DNA from: Abditibacterium sp.
GTDB lineage: Bacteria; Armatimonadota; Abditibacteriia; Abditibacteriales; Abditibacteriaceae
NCBI GenBank assembly: GCA_965199495.1
Contig: CBDASK010000003.1
Coordinates: 384,001-448,000, forward strand
Length of the DNA stretch: 64,000 bases
Direction: 5' to 3'
The translations under genes and the position numbers were made by a program. The notes under the pieces were generated by a model. That model was not told where the DNA came from. It worked only from the letters and a program-made list of their open reading frames with translations, and made no database searches. Of the stretch, positions 19,512 to 28,893 are shown in pieces; within the stretch, counting starts at the first letter, position 1, and every line of letters begins with the position of its first letter.

Positions 19512-20138
19512 ATGCTCAAAACGCTCTCGCTTTGTCTGGCCTGCGCCATCTCCGCCGGTTCGTGGATGCGTCCACCCAAAGCGGCGCCCACAATCGAAGT
19601 CGTCGGGCCATCGGTTTTGCTCAACGCGCGCGAATTGGGCGCCGTCCAAATTCTCGATTTGCGCGCGTCGGGCCGCGTCGTGCCGGGCGCACAAACCAAA
19701 TATCAACGCAATAACGCGCCATTATTTGTGCTGGCCGATGCAGCCACGGCGACGGCGTGGCTGCGGGCGCGCGACATCCAAAGCGCGATGATTGTTCCGC
19801 CGCGTTTCATCGAATACGAGAAATTAGCGGGCGTCCCGCAAATCGAACCGCGCGCGGCTGAAATCAAAGTCGCGGCGGGTTGGCCGATTTTCGATGTGTC
19901 CGAACAGTTCGAGTTCGACAAATCGCGTTTACCGCGCAGCCAACGTTTCGATTACGCCGCGTTTCGTGCGGGCAATAGGACAATTTTGCCGCGCGACAAA
20001 CCGTTTATCGTCGCCTGTCGCGTCGGCCACCGCTCGCAGTTGGTGACGCGCGAACTGCGGCGCCGTGGCTACGATGCGCGCAATTTGGATGGCGGTTTAT
20101 GGCAATGGGAATGCGACGGATTGAAGGTGGCGCGATGA
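19512..20138 (+). CDS. Secreted rhodanese-like protein
   Basis: VACRVGHRS active-site loop, NLDGGLWQW. Confidence 0.8.
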   Translation: MLKTLSLCLACAISAGSWMRPPKAAPTIEVVGPSVLLNARELGAVQILDLRASGRVVPGAQTKYQRNNAPLFVLADAATATAWLRARDIQSAMIVPPRFIEYEKLAGVPQIEPRAAEIKVAAGWPIFDVSEQFEFDKSRLPRSQRFDYAAFRAGNRTILPRDKPFIVACRVGHRSQLVTRELRRRGYDARNLDGGLWQWECDGLKVAR

Positions 20139-20728
20139 AGCCGCGTCACGTCGCGGTTGGCGTTGTTTTGTGCGGTTTGGCAGGTTTGATTTACGCGGCT
20201 TCGCGTCCGCTCAAACGGAGCGGACAAACTTGGAATTGTCAGTCGAATCTCAAGCAAATTGGACTGGGAATGATGCAATATTCTCGTGATTACGACGAAC
20301 AATTTCCGCGCGCCGCGAATTGGTCGGAAGGATTGCGGCCTTACGTCAGAGGCTTCGGGCAAAATCATGGATCCGACGCGGTCGTTGGCGCGCGTTATCT
20401 TTGCCCCACGACAAACGGTTACTACGCGCTCAACTTTTATTACGACCGACTTTCGATGATTCAAGATAAATCGCCAAGTTCATCGCCGCTCGTATTCGAC
20501 TTCGTTAATGGGCGTCTCAATCAGAGCGACAACGGCAAAAATTGGCCGATTCCACCGATTCATACAACTTTGCAAACGACCGGCAATAACGTGCTTTTTG
20601 GCGATTTTCACGTCGAGCTACGCCAGAGTAAACCGCTGTTTCACCCATTCGCGCCGCGACCAGCAGCCACGGCGACGCCGTTGCCGAAATCAGCCAAAAG
20701 ACCAAAATCCAAGAAGGCCAAACCATGA
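20135..20728 (+). CDS. DUF1559-like / H-X9-DG protein
   Basis: CQSNLKQIGLGMMQYSRDYDE; YLCP; NVLFGDFHV. Confidence 0.8.
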   Translation: MKPRHVAVGVVLCGLAGLIYAASRPLKRSGQTWNCQSNLKQIGLGMMQYSRDYDEQFPRAANWSEGLRPYVRGFGQNHGSDAVVGARYLCPTTNGYYALNFYYDRLSMIQDKSPSSSPLVFDFVNGRLNQSDNGKNWPIPPIHTTLQTTGNNVLFGDFHVELRQSKPLFHPFAPRPAATATPLPKSAKRPKSKKAKP

Positions 20729-21348
20729 AATCGAAGATACAACCGCGTTATATCGCGTTGGGCGCCCTCTTGTGCGGCTTTGGCGGCGCGCTTTATCTGG
20801 CGGCGCAACCGCGTTTGCGCGCGGTGCAAACCAAAAATTGCCAGATTAATCTTAAAATCATCGGATTGGCAATGATGCAATATGTGGACGATTACGACGA
20901 ACATTATCCCATCGCCGCGAATTGGGCCGATAGTTTGAAACCCTACGCGATTGGCTCAGAACTTTATGCGGTTGGTTCGAGCGATCCTCGTCCCAACGAG
21001 AAGTTCGACAAAATTTTTCACTGCCCGACGACAGACAATTTTTACTCGTATAATCGCAATTTGGGTGCGGTCAGCATGGAAACACTCGTGGGAAGCGATA
21101 ACCAAATGCCGACCGATCTGCCTTTGGTCATCGAAGTTGCGGCGGGCCAGACGCAAACGAATCTCAACGGTGGCGCAGAATTGTGGCCGTCGTCGCTCAT
21201 TCACGAAACGGCGGGCGCGAGCGGCAATCACGTTTTGTTTGCCGATGGGCACGTCGAATTGACAAAAATCAAACCGAATTTTCGCGCGTTCACGGCGCCA
21301 ACTCCCAAACCGGCAGAAATTAAACCCGCGCGAACTGCCACGCCGTAA
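20725..21348 (+). CDS. DUF1559-like / H-X9-DG protein (tandem paralog)
   Basis: CQINLKIIGLAMMQYVDDYDE; FHCP; HVLFADGHV. Confidence 0.8.
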   Translation: MKSKIQPRYIALGALLCGFGGALYLAAQPRLRAVQTKNCQINLKIIGLAMMQYVDDYDEHYPIAANWADSLKPYAIGSELYAVGSSDPRPNEKFDKIFHCPTTDNFYSYNRNLGAVSMETLVGSDNQMPTDLPLVIEVAAGQTQTNLNGGAELWPSSLIHETAGASGNHVLFADGHVELTKIKPNFRAFTAPTPKPAEIKPARTATP

Positions 21349-21357
21349 ACTCTGGGC

Positions 21358-23220
21358 ATGAGCTTAATTTCGCCGCTCAACCTGCTTTTCGCCGGATTGT
21401 TGAGCGCCATCGTGCTGCTTTATATGCTGCGCCTCAAACGCCGCGAGCGCGTGGTGCCGTCGAACCTGCTGTGGCAAAGCGCGATTCGCGACTTGCAGGC
21501 CAACACGCCGTGGCAAAAATTGCGTTCGAGTTTGCTGATGTGGCTGCAACTGGCGTTTTTGGCTTTGGCGGTTTTCGCTCTGGCGCGTCCGGCGATCAAA
21601 GTTTTCGCGGCGGGCGGCCAAACCGTGGCGATAATTATTGACGGCTCGGCTTCGATGGGCGCGACCGACGTTTCGCCGACGCGCTTCGACAACGCCCGTT
21701 CACGCGCCGATAAGTTAATCAATACTTTGGCGAGCAGCGATAGCGGCACGGTTTTATTGGCGGGCGCACGCACGCGGGTTTTGGCGCCTTTGACCGCCGA
21801 GAAAAATTCGCTCAAACGCGCGATTGACAACGCGGGACAAACTGATACTTCGTCCGATTTGCGCGAATCTATCGTGTTGGCGGCATCGCTATTGAAAGAT
21901 AAAAAAAACCCGCAAATCTACGTGTTTTCCGATGGCGCCGCGCCCGCGCTGCAAGATTTGGATGTCGGCAAAGTCGGTTTGCAGTTCGTCAAAATCGGCC
22001 AATCCAACGACAACCTGGCGATTACGGCGATGGACGCACGCCGCGATTATGCTGGCTCCAACAACGCGCAGGTTTTCGCGACGGTTTCCAATTACGGCGA
22101 CGCGCCCAAAAACATCAATCTCGAACTGGCGCGCGACGGCAATTTATTGACGGTGCGCCCGATGAGAATCCCCGCCGCCACGGTCAAAGACGGCGTGCGC
22201 ACGCCCGGTTCGGCGAGCGAACTGTTCGATAATCTGAATTTCGATTCCGGCTTATTCAGCGCCAAATTCGACAATCAAGATGCCCTATCTTCCGATAATA
22301 TGGCATGGGCGAATCTGGACGCGCCTCGCCAATTATCGGTTTTGTTGACCAGCGACAATCTGTTTTTGCAGCGCGCTTTGAATCTCGATCCCAACGTCAA
22401 AGTTTTCGTCGGCGCGCCGCCTGCGGGCCAAACTTTCGATGTCGTGGTTTGCGATGGCAGCGTGCCGCCCAATTTGCCCGATACCAATCAATTGCTGTTC
22501 AACGTGATAACGCCGCTCGCGCCAGTCGAGAAAACTGGCATTGCCGAGCAACCGAGTGTGGCCGATTACGACCGTCAAAATCCGGTGACGCGTTACGCGC
22601 CGTGGAATGATATTAAATTTGTGCAAAGTCTGGCGGTGAAACTCAAGCCGTGGGGCCAATCGGTCGTGGATGCCGAGCGCACGCCGCTCGTCGTGGCTGG
22701 CGAAAAGGGCGGCAAACGCGTCGTCTGGTGCGGCTTCGATTTGCGCGATACCGATTTGCCCCTGCGCGTGGCGTTTCCGATTTTCATCACCAACTCGCTG
22801 CGTTGGCTGACCGCGCCGCGCGGTTTGGATTCGAGCAGCGAAGGCTCGACTTTGCGCACCGGCGGCGCCGTTCCGTTATTCGCGCCCGAAGCCGTGAAGC
22901 AAATCAATATCAGTGGCCCCGGCGGCTTTAAAACCGTCGTGCCCAATCGCGGCGACGGCGCGCCGGTTTTGTTCGACGGCGCATCTCGCGTCGGCCAATA
23001 TGCAGCCACGAGCGGCGAGTGGAAACAAGAATTCGCGGTTTCGCTCTTAGATAAACGCGAAAGTGACATCACGCCACGCGACGCCTTGAAGATCGGCGAC
23101 ACCAAACAAGTCAGCGCCGAAAACAACGCGCGCGCCAACAAAGAATTGTGGGGTTACATCATCGTCGCGGCGCTGGCGCTGTTGGGTTTGGAATGGTGGG
23201 TTTTCCATCGCGGCGCGTGA
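21358..23220 (+). CDS. BatA N-terminal double-TM + vWA domain protein
   Basis: VPSNLLW, ALARP, IIDGSASM MIDAS, FSDG, C-terminal LLGLEWW. Confidence 0.88.
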   Translation: MSLISPLNLLFAGLLSAIVLLYMLRLKRRERVVPSNLLWQSAIRDLQANTPWQKLRSSLLMWLQLAFLALAVFALARPAIKVFAAGGQTVAIIIDGSASMGATDVSPTRFDNARSRADKLINTLASSDSGTVLLAGARTRVLAPLTAEKNSLKRAIDNAGQTDTSSDLRESIVLAASLLKDKKNPQIYVFSDGAAPALQDLDVGKVGLQFVKIGQSNDNLAITAMDARRDYAGSNNAQVFATVSNYGDAPKNINLELARDGNLLTVRPMRIPAATVKDGVRTPGSASELFDNLNFDSGLFSAKFDNQDALSSDNMAWANLDAPRQLSVLLTSDNLFLQRALNLDPNVKVFVGAPPAGQTFDVVVCDGSVPPNLPDTNQLLFNVITPLAPVEKTGIAEQPSVADYDRQNPVTRYAPWNDIKFVQSLAVKLKPWGQSVVDAERTPLVVAGEKGGKRVVWCGFDLRDTDLPLRVAFPIFITNSLRWLTAPRGLDSSSEGSTLRTGGAVPLFAPEAVKQINISGPGGFKTVVPNRGDGAPVLFDGASRVGQYAATSGEWKQEFAVSLLDKRESDITPRDALKIGDTKQVSAENNARANKELWGYIIVAALALLGLEWWVFHRGA

Positions 23221-23242
23221 CGGGCTTAAGGAGCATCAAACG

Positions 23243-23767
23243 ATGAAACGATTTTACAAATTCTGGAATGTCGCCGCCGCGCTACTGTTGATTTCCACAC
23301 TAAGCGGCTGCCAATTCGATCCTTATTATGACGCTTACACACGAAAGAAGCCCGCGCAAGCGGATATCGTTGGCACTTACACTCTGACAAGCCAAACTTT
23401 GAGCAACGACCGAAGCATTACACATATGGTGGCCAATAACGGATCAACGGCGACAATTCACACGATTTCGCTGCGCGCCGATGGGACTTGGGCGGCCACC
23501 AAGTTCCCCGTGTGGGTCGGGAATTGGGCCAACAAAACCGATCAATGGTCGATCAGCAAATTTGTAACTGGCACGGGGAAATGGAGTCTGGGAATCGTTG
23601 GCTCAGTCGATCAAGCGGATATTTGGGGTTTGCGACTTACGTCAAAGACAATTCCAACGCCATTTGCGATGCAGTTCGGCAATCAGAAGCCGCCTTACAC
23701 TTTGATTTTGGGTTACGACGATCCCGATGGCGGTTATGCGATGTTTTACGATCGCACAAGTAAATAA
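23243..23767 (+). CDS. Lipoprotein, hypothetical
   Basis: Lipobox LSGC; RBS aaggag. Confidence 0.65.
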   Translation: MKRFYKFWNVAAALLLISTLSGCQFDPYYDAYTRKKPAQADIVGTYTLTSQTLSNDRSITHMVANNGSTATIHTISLRADGTWAATKFPVWVGNWANKTDQWSISKFVTGTGKWSLGIVGSVDQADIWGLRLTSKTIPTPFAMQFGNQKPPYTLILGYDDPDGGYAMFYDRTSK

Positions 23768-23867
23768 AATGCCTTTCGGAATATTCTTTTCTGAAGTTGA
23801 TCTGTCATGGCGCGGGAATCTTCCCATTCATTCGTCTGGCTCTTTAAGAAATATTAAAATAGATTTC

Positions 23868-24097
23868 ATGCAAGTGACCGCAATTATCTACCCCGACGAA
23901 ATGCCCGATGGCGGTGCGATGCTCACTGTCCCGAATTGGACGTGACGACGCAAGGCGAAACTCGAACGGAGGCTTTAGCTAATCTCAAGGAAGCCGTCGA
24001 ACTGTTTCTGGAAATCGCCGACGATGCCGAAGTTGGTCGCCGTTTGCGCAGCGAACATCAGGGAGCCATCGTTTTGGCGCTGGAAGTCGCCGCCTAA
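23868..24097 (+). pseudogene. hicB: HicB antitoxin, frameshifted
   Basis: MQVTAIIYPDE.PDGG in one frame, AHCPELDVTTQGETRTEALANLKEAVELFLE in another; stop overlaps the hicA start (TAATG). Confidence 0.8.
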
Positions 24098-24321
24098 TGC
24101 CCAAACTTCGGACGCTTTCTGGCGCACAAACTCGTGCTATTCTCGAAGCTCAGGGTTTTGTTTTAGTGCGTCAAAAAGGCAGTCACCTAATGTTGGAATT
24201 GCAAGAGGCGTCTGTAACGCGACTGATGCCCATTCCAAATCACAAGATGTTGATACGCGGAATATTGGACAGCATTATTCGACTTTCGTGTTTGCCACGC
24301 TCACTTTTTGAAACAGATTGA
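24097..24321 (+). CDS. hicA: HicA mRNA interferase toxin
   Basis: LSG...ILEAQGF..VRQKGSH...IPNH...GILDSII. Confidence 0.85.
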   Translation: MPKLRTLSGAQTRAILEAQGFVLVRQKGSHLMLELQEASVTRLMPIPNHKMLIRGILDSIIRLSCLPRSLFETD

Positions 24322-24441
24322 GATCATCTGCCGCCCGAACTATTGAAGTGCGCAATTTAAAGAGGTGCAACAACGCGGATTAGCGCAAATCGTGGCGCGT
24401 CAAACGCCAATTGATGAGGATTGACATCAATTTCCATCGCA

Positions 24442-25002
24442 ATGTTTTTTGAATTCTTGCTCCCCCTCATCCTTGCGATAACCGCGATACTTTGTCTCGT
24501 CTGGCTCGGTTCGCTGATATTTTTCATCATTGGATACCGGCAACGAGCGCGCGCCAAAATGTGGGGGAGCGCAATCACATTCGTTTTAATCTCGATTTTC
24601 GGCGGCATGAATTACCTCGCGTTTCACGTTGCGCCCGATCCGGCACAAATTTATCAAGATGCTTTTGCTCGCAAACCGCCGCGCGACGTGACGAATTTGC
24701 GCTGCGATACCGATTACGGCTCGGATACGCGAATTTTTCTGGCGTTCCAAGCGTCAGCGGAGACGATAAAACGCATCGAATCCGATAATTGGAAATGGCG
24801 CGACGCCGAGAGTTGGGCCGAATTTGGCGGAGAAAATAATTATGGCACATCAAAACCCGATTGGTGGAATCCCCGTCTCAGCGCGCGCACGCAGGTTTAC
24901 GAGCGCATCAACCGCACCGGCGATTTCATGACCGAAGACGAAAGATTGATTTATGATGTCGGCACGCAGCAAGCGTATTATTCTTATCACAGCGCGGAAT
25001 GA
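24442..25002 (+). CDS. Hypothetical 2-TM membrane protein
   Basis: Two hydrophobic helices, then a soluble domain with PDWWNP. Confidence 0.55.
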   Translation: MFFEFLLPLILAITAILCLVWLGSLIFFIIGYRQRARAKMWGSAITFVLISIFGGMNYLAFHVAPDPAQIYQDAFARKPPRDVTNLRCDTDYGSDTRIFLAFQASAETIKRIESDNWKWRDAESWAEFGGENNYGTSKPDWWNPRLSARTQVYERINRTGDFMTEDERLIYDVGTQQAYYSYHSAE

Positions 25003-25116
25003 TGACATTCCGACCAAACAACCCACGCCGCGAAGTGAAATAACAGTTTCGTCCCAGCGAAGGCGACCTAATTTTAAGTCGAACTATTTGAGTTGTCGGG
25101 AAGTCAAGTCACGTTT

Positions 25117-27220
25117 ATGAAAAAAATCCTGCTTTGTCTGTTGCTGTTGTTTGCCGCATATCCGGCGCGCGCTCGATTGGAATGCGCAACGCGGGCAATT
25201 CACCTTTTGTATGCTGGCGGCGCACGACGGTTTTTGGGTTGGCACCGAAGACAACGGTTTATGGCGCCGCGATGCGCGCGGCGTTTGGACGCAGTTCGGC
25301 GCCGCCGACGGTTTGGGCGGCGATTCGGTGCGTTGTCTGCTGGAACGCGGCGGGCAAATCTGGGCCGGACATGCGCGCGGTGGCTTGAGCATTTGGGATG
25401 GCGCGAATTGGAGCCACGTCGGCGTGCTTGATGGTTTGCCTAACGCGCGCGTCAATGATTTGGCGTTGGATTCGACAAGCGGCGATGTCTGGGTCGCGAC
25501 CGATGGCGGTCTGTGCAAGTGGAACGATAACGGCGGTTGGACGAGACCCGATTCGGCTTTGACGCAACATCAAATCGTGGGTTTGGCGTGCGCGCGCGGT
25601 CAAGTCTGGGCTGCTACGGCGTGCGATGGATTGTTGCAATCGGCGGATCGGGGTAAAACTTGGCGCGCGATTCACGGGCCGGTGATTCAGCCGAATTTGG
25701 CAACGGGCGTGGGTTTGCCTTCGGACGTTCTCAACGATGTCGCGGTTGATGAATTAGGGCAAATCTGGGTGGCGAGCGTTTACGGTGTGGCCAAATCGAG
25801 CGACGACGGAAAAAGTTGGTTTTATCTGCGCGGCGCCGATTGGGAGAAAAACGTCGAAGGCAGCGAAGTCGGTTTGGTGCCGGGGCGCGAAGAAGCGGGC
25901 GTCGAGCCGCCGGGCGAGGATTGGGTGCAATCGCTGGCGCCCGATGGCGATGGGCATATTTGGCTCGGCTTTCGGCAGCAGGGGGCCGAAATGCGCGATA
26001 TTCAAACCAACGAACTGATCTTCGCCACGCGCTTTGCGCCCGGCCAGGCTCAGGCGCCCGGCCAGGAATGGGTGCGCGCGATTTATCCAATGGCGAATAA
26101 TCGCGCGATTACGGCGAATTACGGCTCCGGTCTCAACGCGATTCTGAACGCCGATTTCCCTCGCGTCGAGGCGCAGAATAATGTGGCGCCCAAACTCGCC
26201 GTTCCGGGCGCGTTTCCGACGCTGAGCGCGACGCAAATCGCCGCGTTGCAGCCCGAAGCAACCAATGCCAAAGGCGCGTTTTGGAACACGGATTGGCAGA
26301 CGCGCGGCGATTGGGTCGGGCGCTATGGCGACAGTTTGGCGGAGATTTATGAGTGGGGCGGCGCGCGCGAGATGCGGCGCGATCAGAACGCTCAACTTGA
26401 CGTGGAGTTGGGGCCGCACGTCAAAAAGGAAGTCGGCGGGCCGTTTACTTACACCTCTTCTGAGAGCAGCGACAACCCCGTCGCGCCCTATAGTCCGGCG
26501 CTTGGCACGCGGATTATAGGCGAAATCAACGACGGCACCTGGCACACCGACGCTTATCCGTATAGCTGGGACGGCCCGGATTTGTGGGTGAGCGCCGACG
26601 TGCCCACGGGTGCGCATCGCGTGGCGATCTACTTCGTCAATTTCGACGGGCACGGCGGCGGCACGCGCTACCGCGATTATGTGTTGCAGCTTAAGCCGCC
26701 GAGCAATGGCGTGGCACAGGCCGACGGCGCTCCCGACCTCGCGCGTTGTCGAATTTCGGATTTCTGGGGCGGCGGCACCGCCAGTTTCGCGGTGCAGGGG
26801 CCGGGCCAATACTGGATCAAAGTCGGGCGCAACCGCTCGGAAGTCACCAAAGTCAGCGGCCTTTTTATTGATCCGATTGACGTAAAACCGCTCGCGCCCG
26901 GCCAACCGCTTCTGCTGTCGCCGCTGATGCAAAACGAACCCTACGTGACCACAGCCACGCCGCCGCCGAGCGCGGGCGAAAACGCGATTGTCACGGCGGC
27001 GCGCGCCGCGTGGCAACGCTTGGACGCAGCCGCGCCCGCACCGGGAACGTGGGAGCAACGGTTGCAATTGTGGCGCGCCGCCCAAGCGGCGGGCGCGGAC
27101 GAACAACTGCTTTATAACTGGCGCTGGAAATTGGCGCTACTGACGCCCGCCGACCGCGCCGAATTTGACGCGACGATGGCGCGCGTCGAAGCGAAAAGAA
27201 CGGCGAAAGTGACGAATTAA
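25117..27220 (+). pseudogene. Secreted beta-propeller (two-component regulator propeller-like) protein with frameshift after the signal peptide
   Basis: MKKILLCLLLLFAAYPARA at 25117 is out of frame with the body (LDWNAQ...WVGTEDNGL, DGLPNARVNDLA, VWVATDGGL). Confidence 0.6.
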
Positions 27221-27290
27221 CCGAAAACTTTTAGCGGCTAAAACTCCGCTTTCGGTCTGCGGAGCAAGCGGTGAGGGAAGCCAGTGATGT

Positions 27291-27468
27291 CATTGCGCGA
27301 TTCGACTTGGCCTGTCATTTCGAGCGAAGCCGAGAAATCTTGCGCCCGCGCGGCAGCGCAGGTTCAAGAAACTTCGATTTTCAAGATAAACCGAGACTTG
27401 CGCTGCCGCGCGGGCGCAAGATTTCTCGGCTTCGCTCGAAATGACAGGCCAAGTCGAATCGCGCAATG
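27291..27468. repeat. REP/REPIN-like palindromic element, copy 2
   Basis: Long near-perfect arms cattgcgcgattcgacttggcctgtcatttcgagcgaagccgagaaatcttgcgcccgcgcggcagcgca and complement. Confidence 0.85.
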
Positions 27469-27535
27469 CTTAAATAAAAGGGTCTACGCACCTTCCACTT
27501 CGATGCGTTGTCTATATATCGCCCGTTTTCGTTTC

Positions 27536-28759
27536 ATGGCCATCGCCGATTCTCCCCGCCCCTCGACCGACCATTCGCCGCCCGCGCCGCAATCTTCGCC
27601 GCCGCAACCAGTGCCGTATGGCGTGCGTAGCGCCCGCCGTGGCTCCTTCTTTCGGCTCCACGCTTTGGACGCCGCCTACGCGCGTGAAATGCTGTTGCCG
27701 ATGACGCTCGGTCTCATCGTTTTGGTGCTGGTGATGGCGGGCAATTTCGTTTACTGGGCGATCAATTCCATCGTCAATCAGGGCATCACGGTCGCGCCGA
27801 TTGTCAAATTGTTCTTTCTGGCGCTGCCCGGTTTCGCCGTTCTGGGCATTCCCGTCGGCGTGATTTTGGGCGTGTGTCTGGTTTTGAATCGCGCGGTGCG
27901 CGACAACGAGATTTTAGCACTGCGCGTGGGCGGCGCTTCGATGCCGCGCATCGTGATGCCATTTTTGTTTATGGCCTTATTGGCGGCGGGCATGGATTAT
28001 TACGTCGTCGAGAAAGTCGCGCCCGTTACCAACGAACGCGCTACTAAATTGACGGCGGTCGTGATGTCGCAAAACACGGCGCCGCTCGTTCAAACCGACC
28101 GTTATTTCCGCGCCGGTTCGTATTATTTTTACGTCGGCTCGGTTTCCAAAGGCGTTTTGCAAAACGTGATGATTTATCAGCGCGCCGAAAACAAATACTC
28201 CTCGTTTGTGCCGACGACTTTCCCGACGGCTTTCATCGCGCAGACCGCCCACGAAAACCCCGAACGCAAAGGGGAATGGATTCTGGAAAACGGTTATATT
28301 CACGCTTATAATTCGGGCGGTGGCCAACAATATCAGACTCAATTCAAGACATTTTCGATTAAAGTTGACCAAGAATTGACCTCGTATTTCGGCGAGGAAA
28401 AAACGGCGGCTTCGATGACGGCGCAGGAAATCACCGATAAAATTAAAACGCTGGAAAACAGCGCTGGCGATTCCAACGCACTCAACACTTTGCGCGTCGA
28501 TTATTTCCGGCATTTTTCCCTGCCCGCCGCCTGTTTCGTGATGGCGTTGTGCGCCGCGCCGTTGTCGTTGCGTTACGCGCGTCATGGCTCGTTCGCCGGT
28601 TTAGTCGCGGCGTTTCTGCTGGCGTTTCTGTGGCAGGGCTTCGACGGCTGGTTTCGCGCCTTGGGCATCGCCGGATATATGCCACCGATTGTCGCGGCGT
28701 GGGCGACCGACGCGCTGTTTTTGGTCGTCGGCACGGCGCTACTGGTGCGCGAACGATGA
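27536..28759 (+). CDS. LptF/LptG family LPS export permease
   Basis: Three TMs, DNEILALRVGGAS..RI..P, periplasmic domain, three C-terminal TMs, PPIVAAW. Confidence 0.88.
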   Translation: MAIADSPRPSTDHSPPAPQSSPPQPVPYGVRSARRGSFFRLHALDAAYAREMLLPMTLGLIVLVLVMAGNFVYWAINSIVNQGITVAPIVKLFFLALPGFAVLGIPVGVILGVCLVLNRAVRDNEILALRVGGASMPRIVMPFLFMALLAAGMDYYVVEKVAPVTNERATKLTAVVMSQNTAPLVQTDRYFRAGSYYFYVGSVSKGVLQNVMIYQRAENKYSSFVPTTFPTAFIAQTAHENPERKGEWILENGYIHAYNSGGGQQYQTQFKTFSIKVDQELTSYFGEEKTAASMTAQEITDKIKTLENSAGDSNALNTLRVDYFRHFSLPAACFVMALCAAPLSLRYARHGSFAGLVAAFLLAFLWQGFDGWFRALGIAGYMPPIVAAWATDALFLVVGTALLVRER

Positions 28760-28775
28760 AAGATTTCCCTACAAC

Positions 28776-28876
28776 CCCGTAGAGACACCGACTTATCGTG
28801 TCTAAAATGTCAATGAACCCGCCAAATTGGAAGCAAGTTCGACATTTTAGACACGACAAGTCGGTGTCTCTACGGG
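28776..28876. repeat. GTAG-type REP doublet (REPIN)
   Basis: cccgtagagacaccgacttatcgtgtctaaaatgtc ... gacattttagacacgacaagtcggtgtctctacggg. Confidence 0.85.
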
Positions 28877-28893
28877 TATAATTTCCCCGACAG

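Noticed and set aside
25754..27106. Long antisense ORFs (e.g. 450 aa here, 155-1207, 28482-29438, 35256-36167)
   Set aside because: Shadow ORFs of GC-rich genes, Arg/Ala-rich with no motifs
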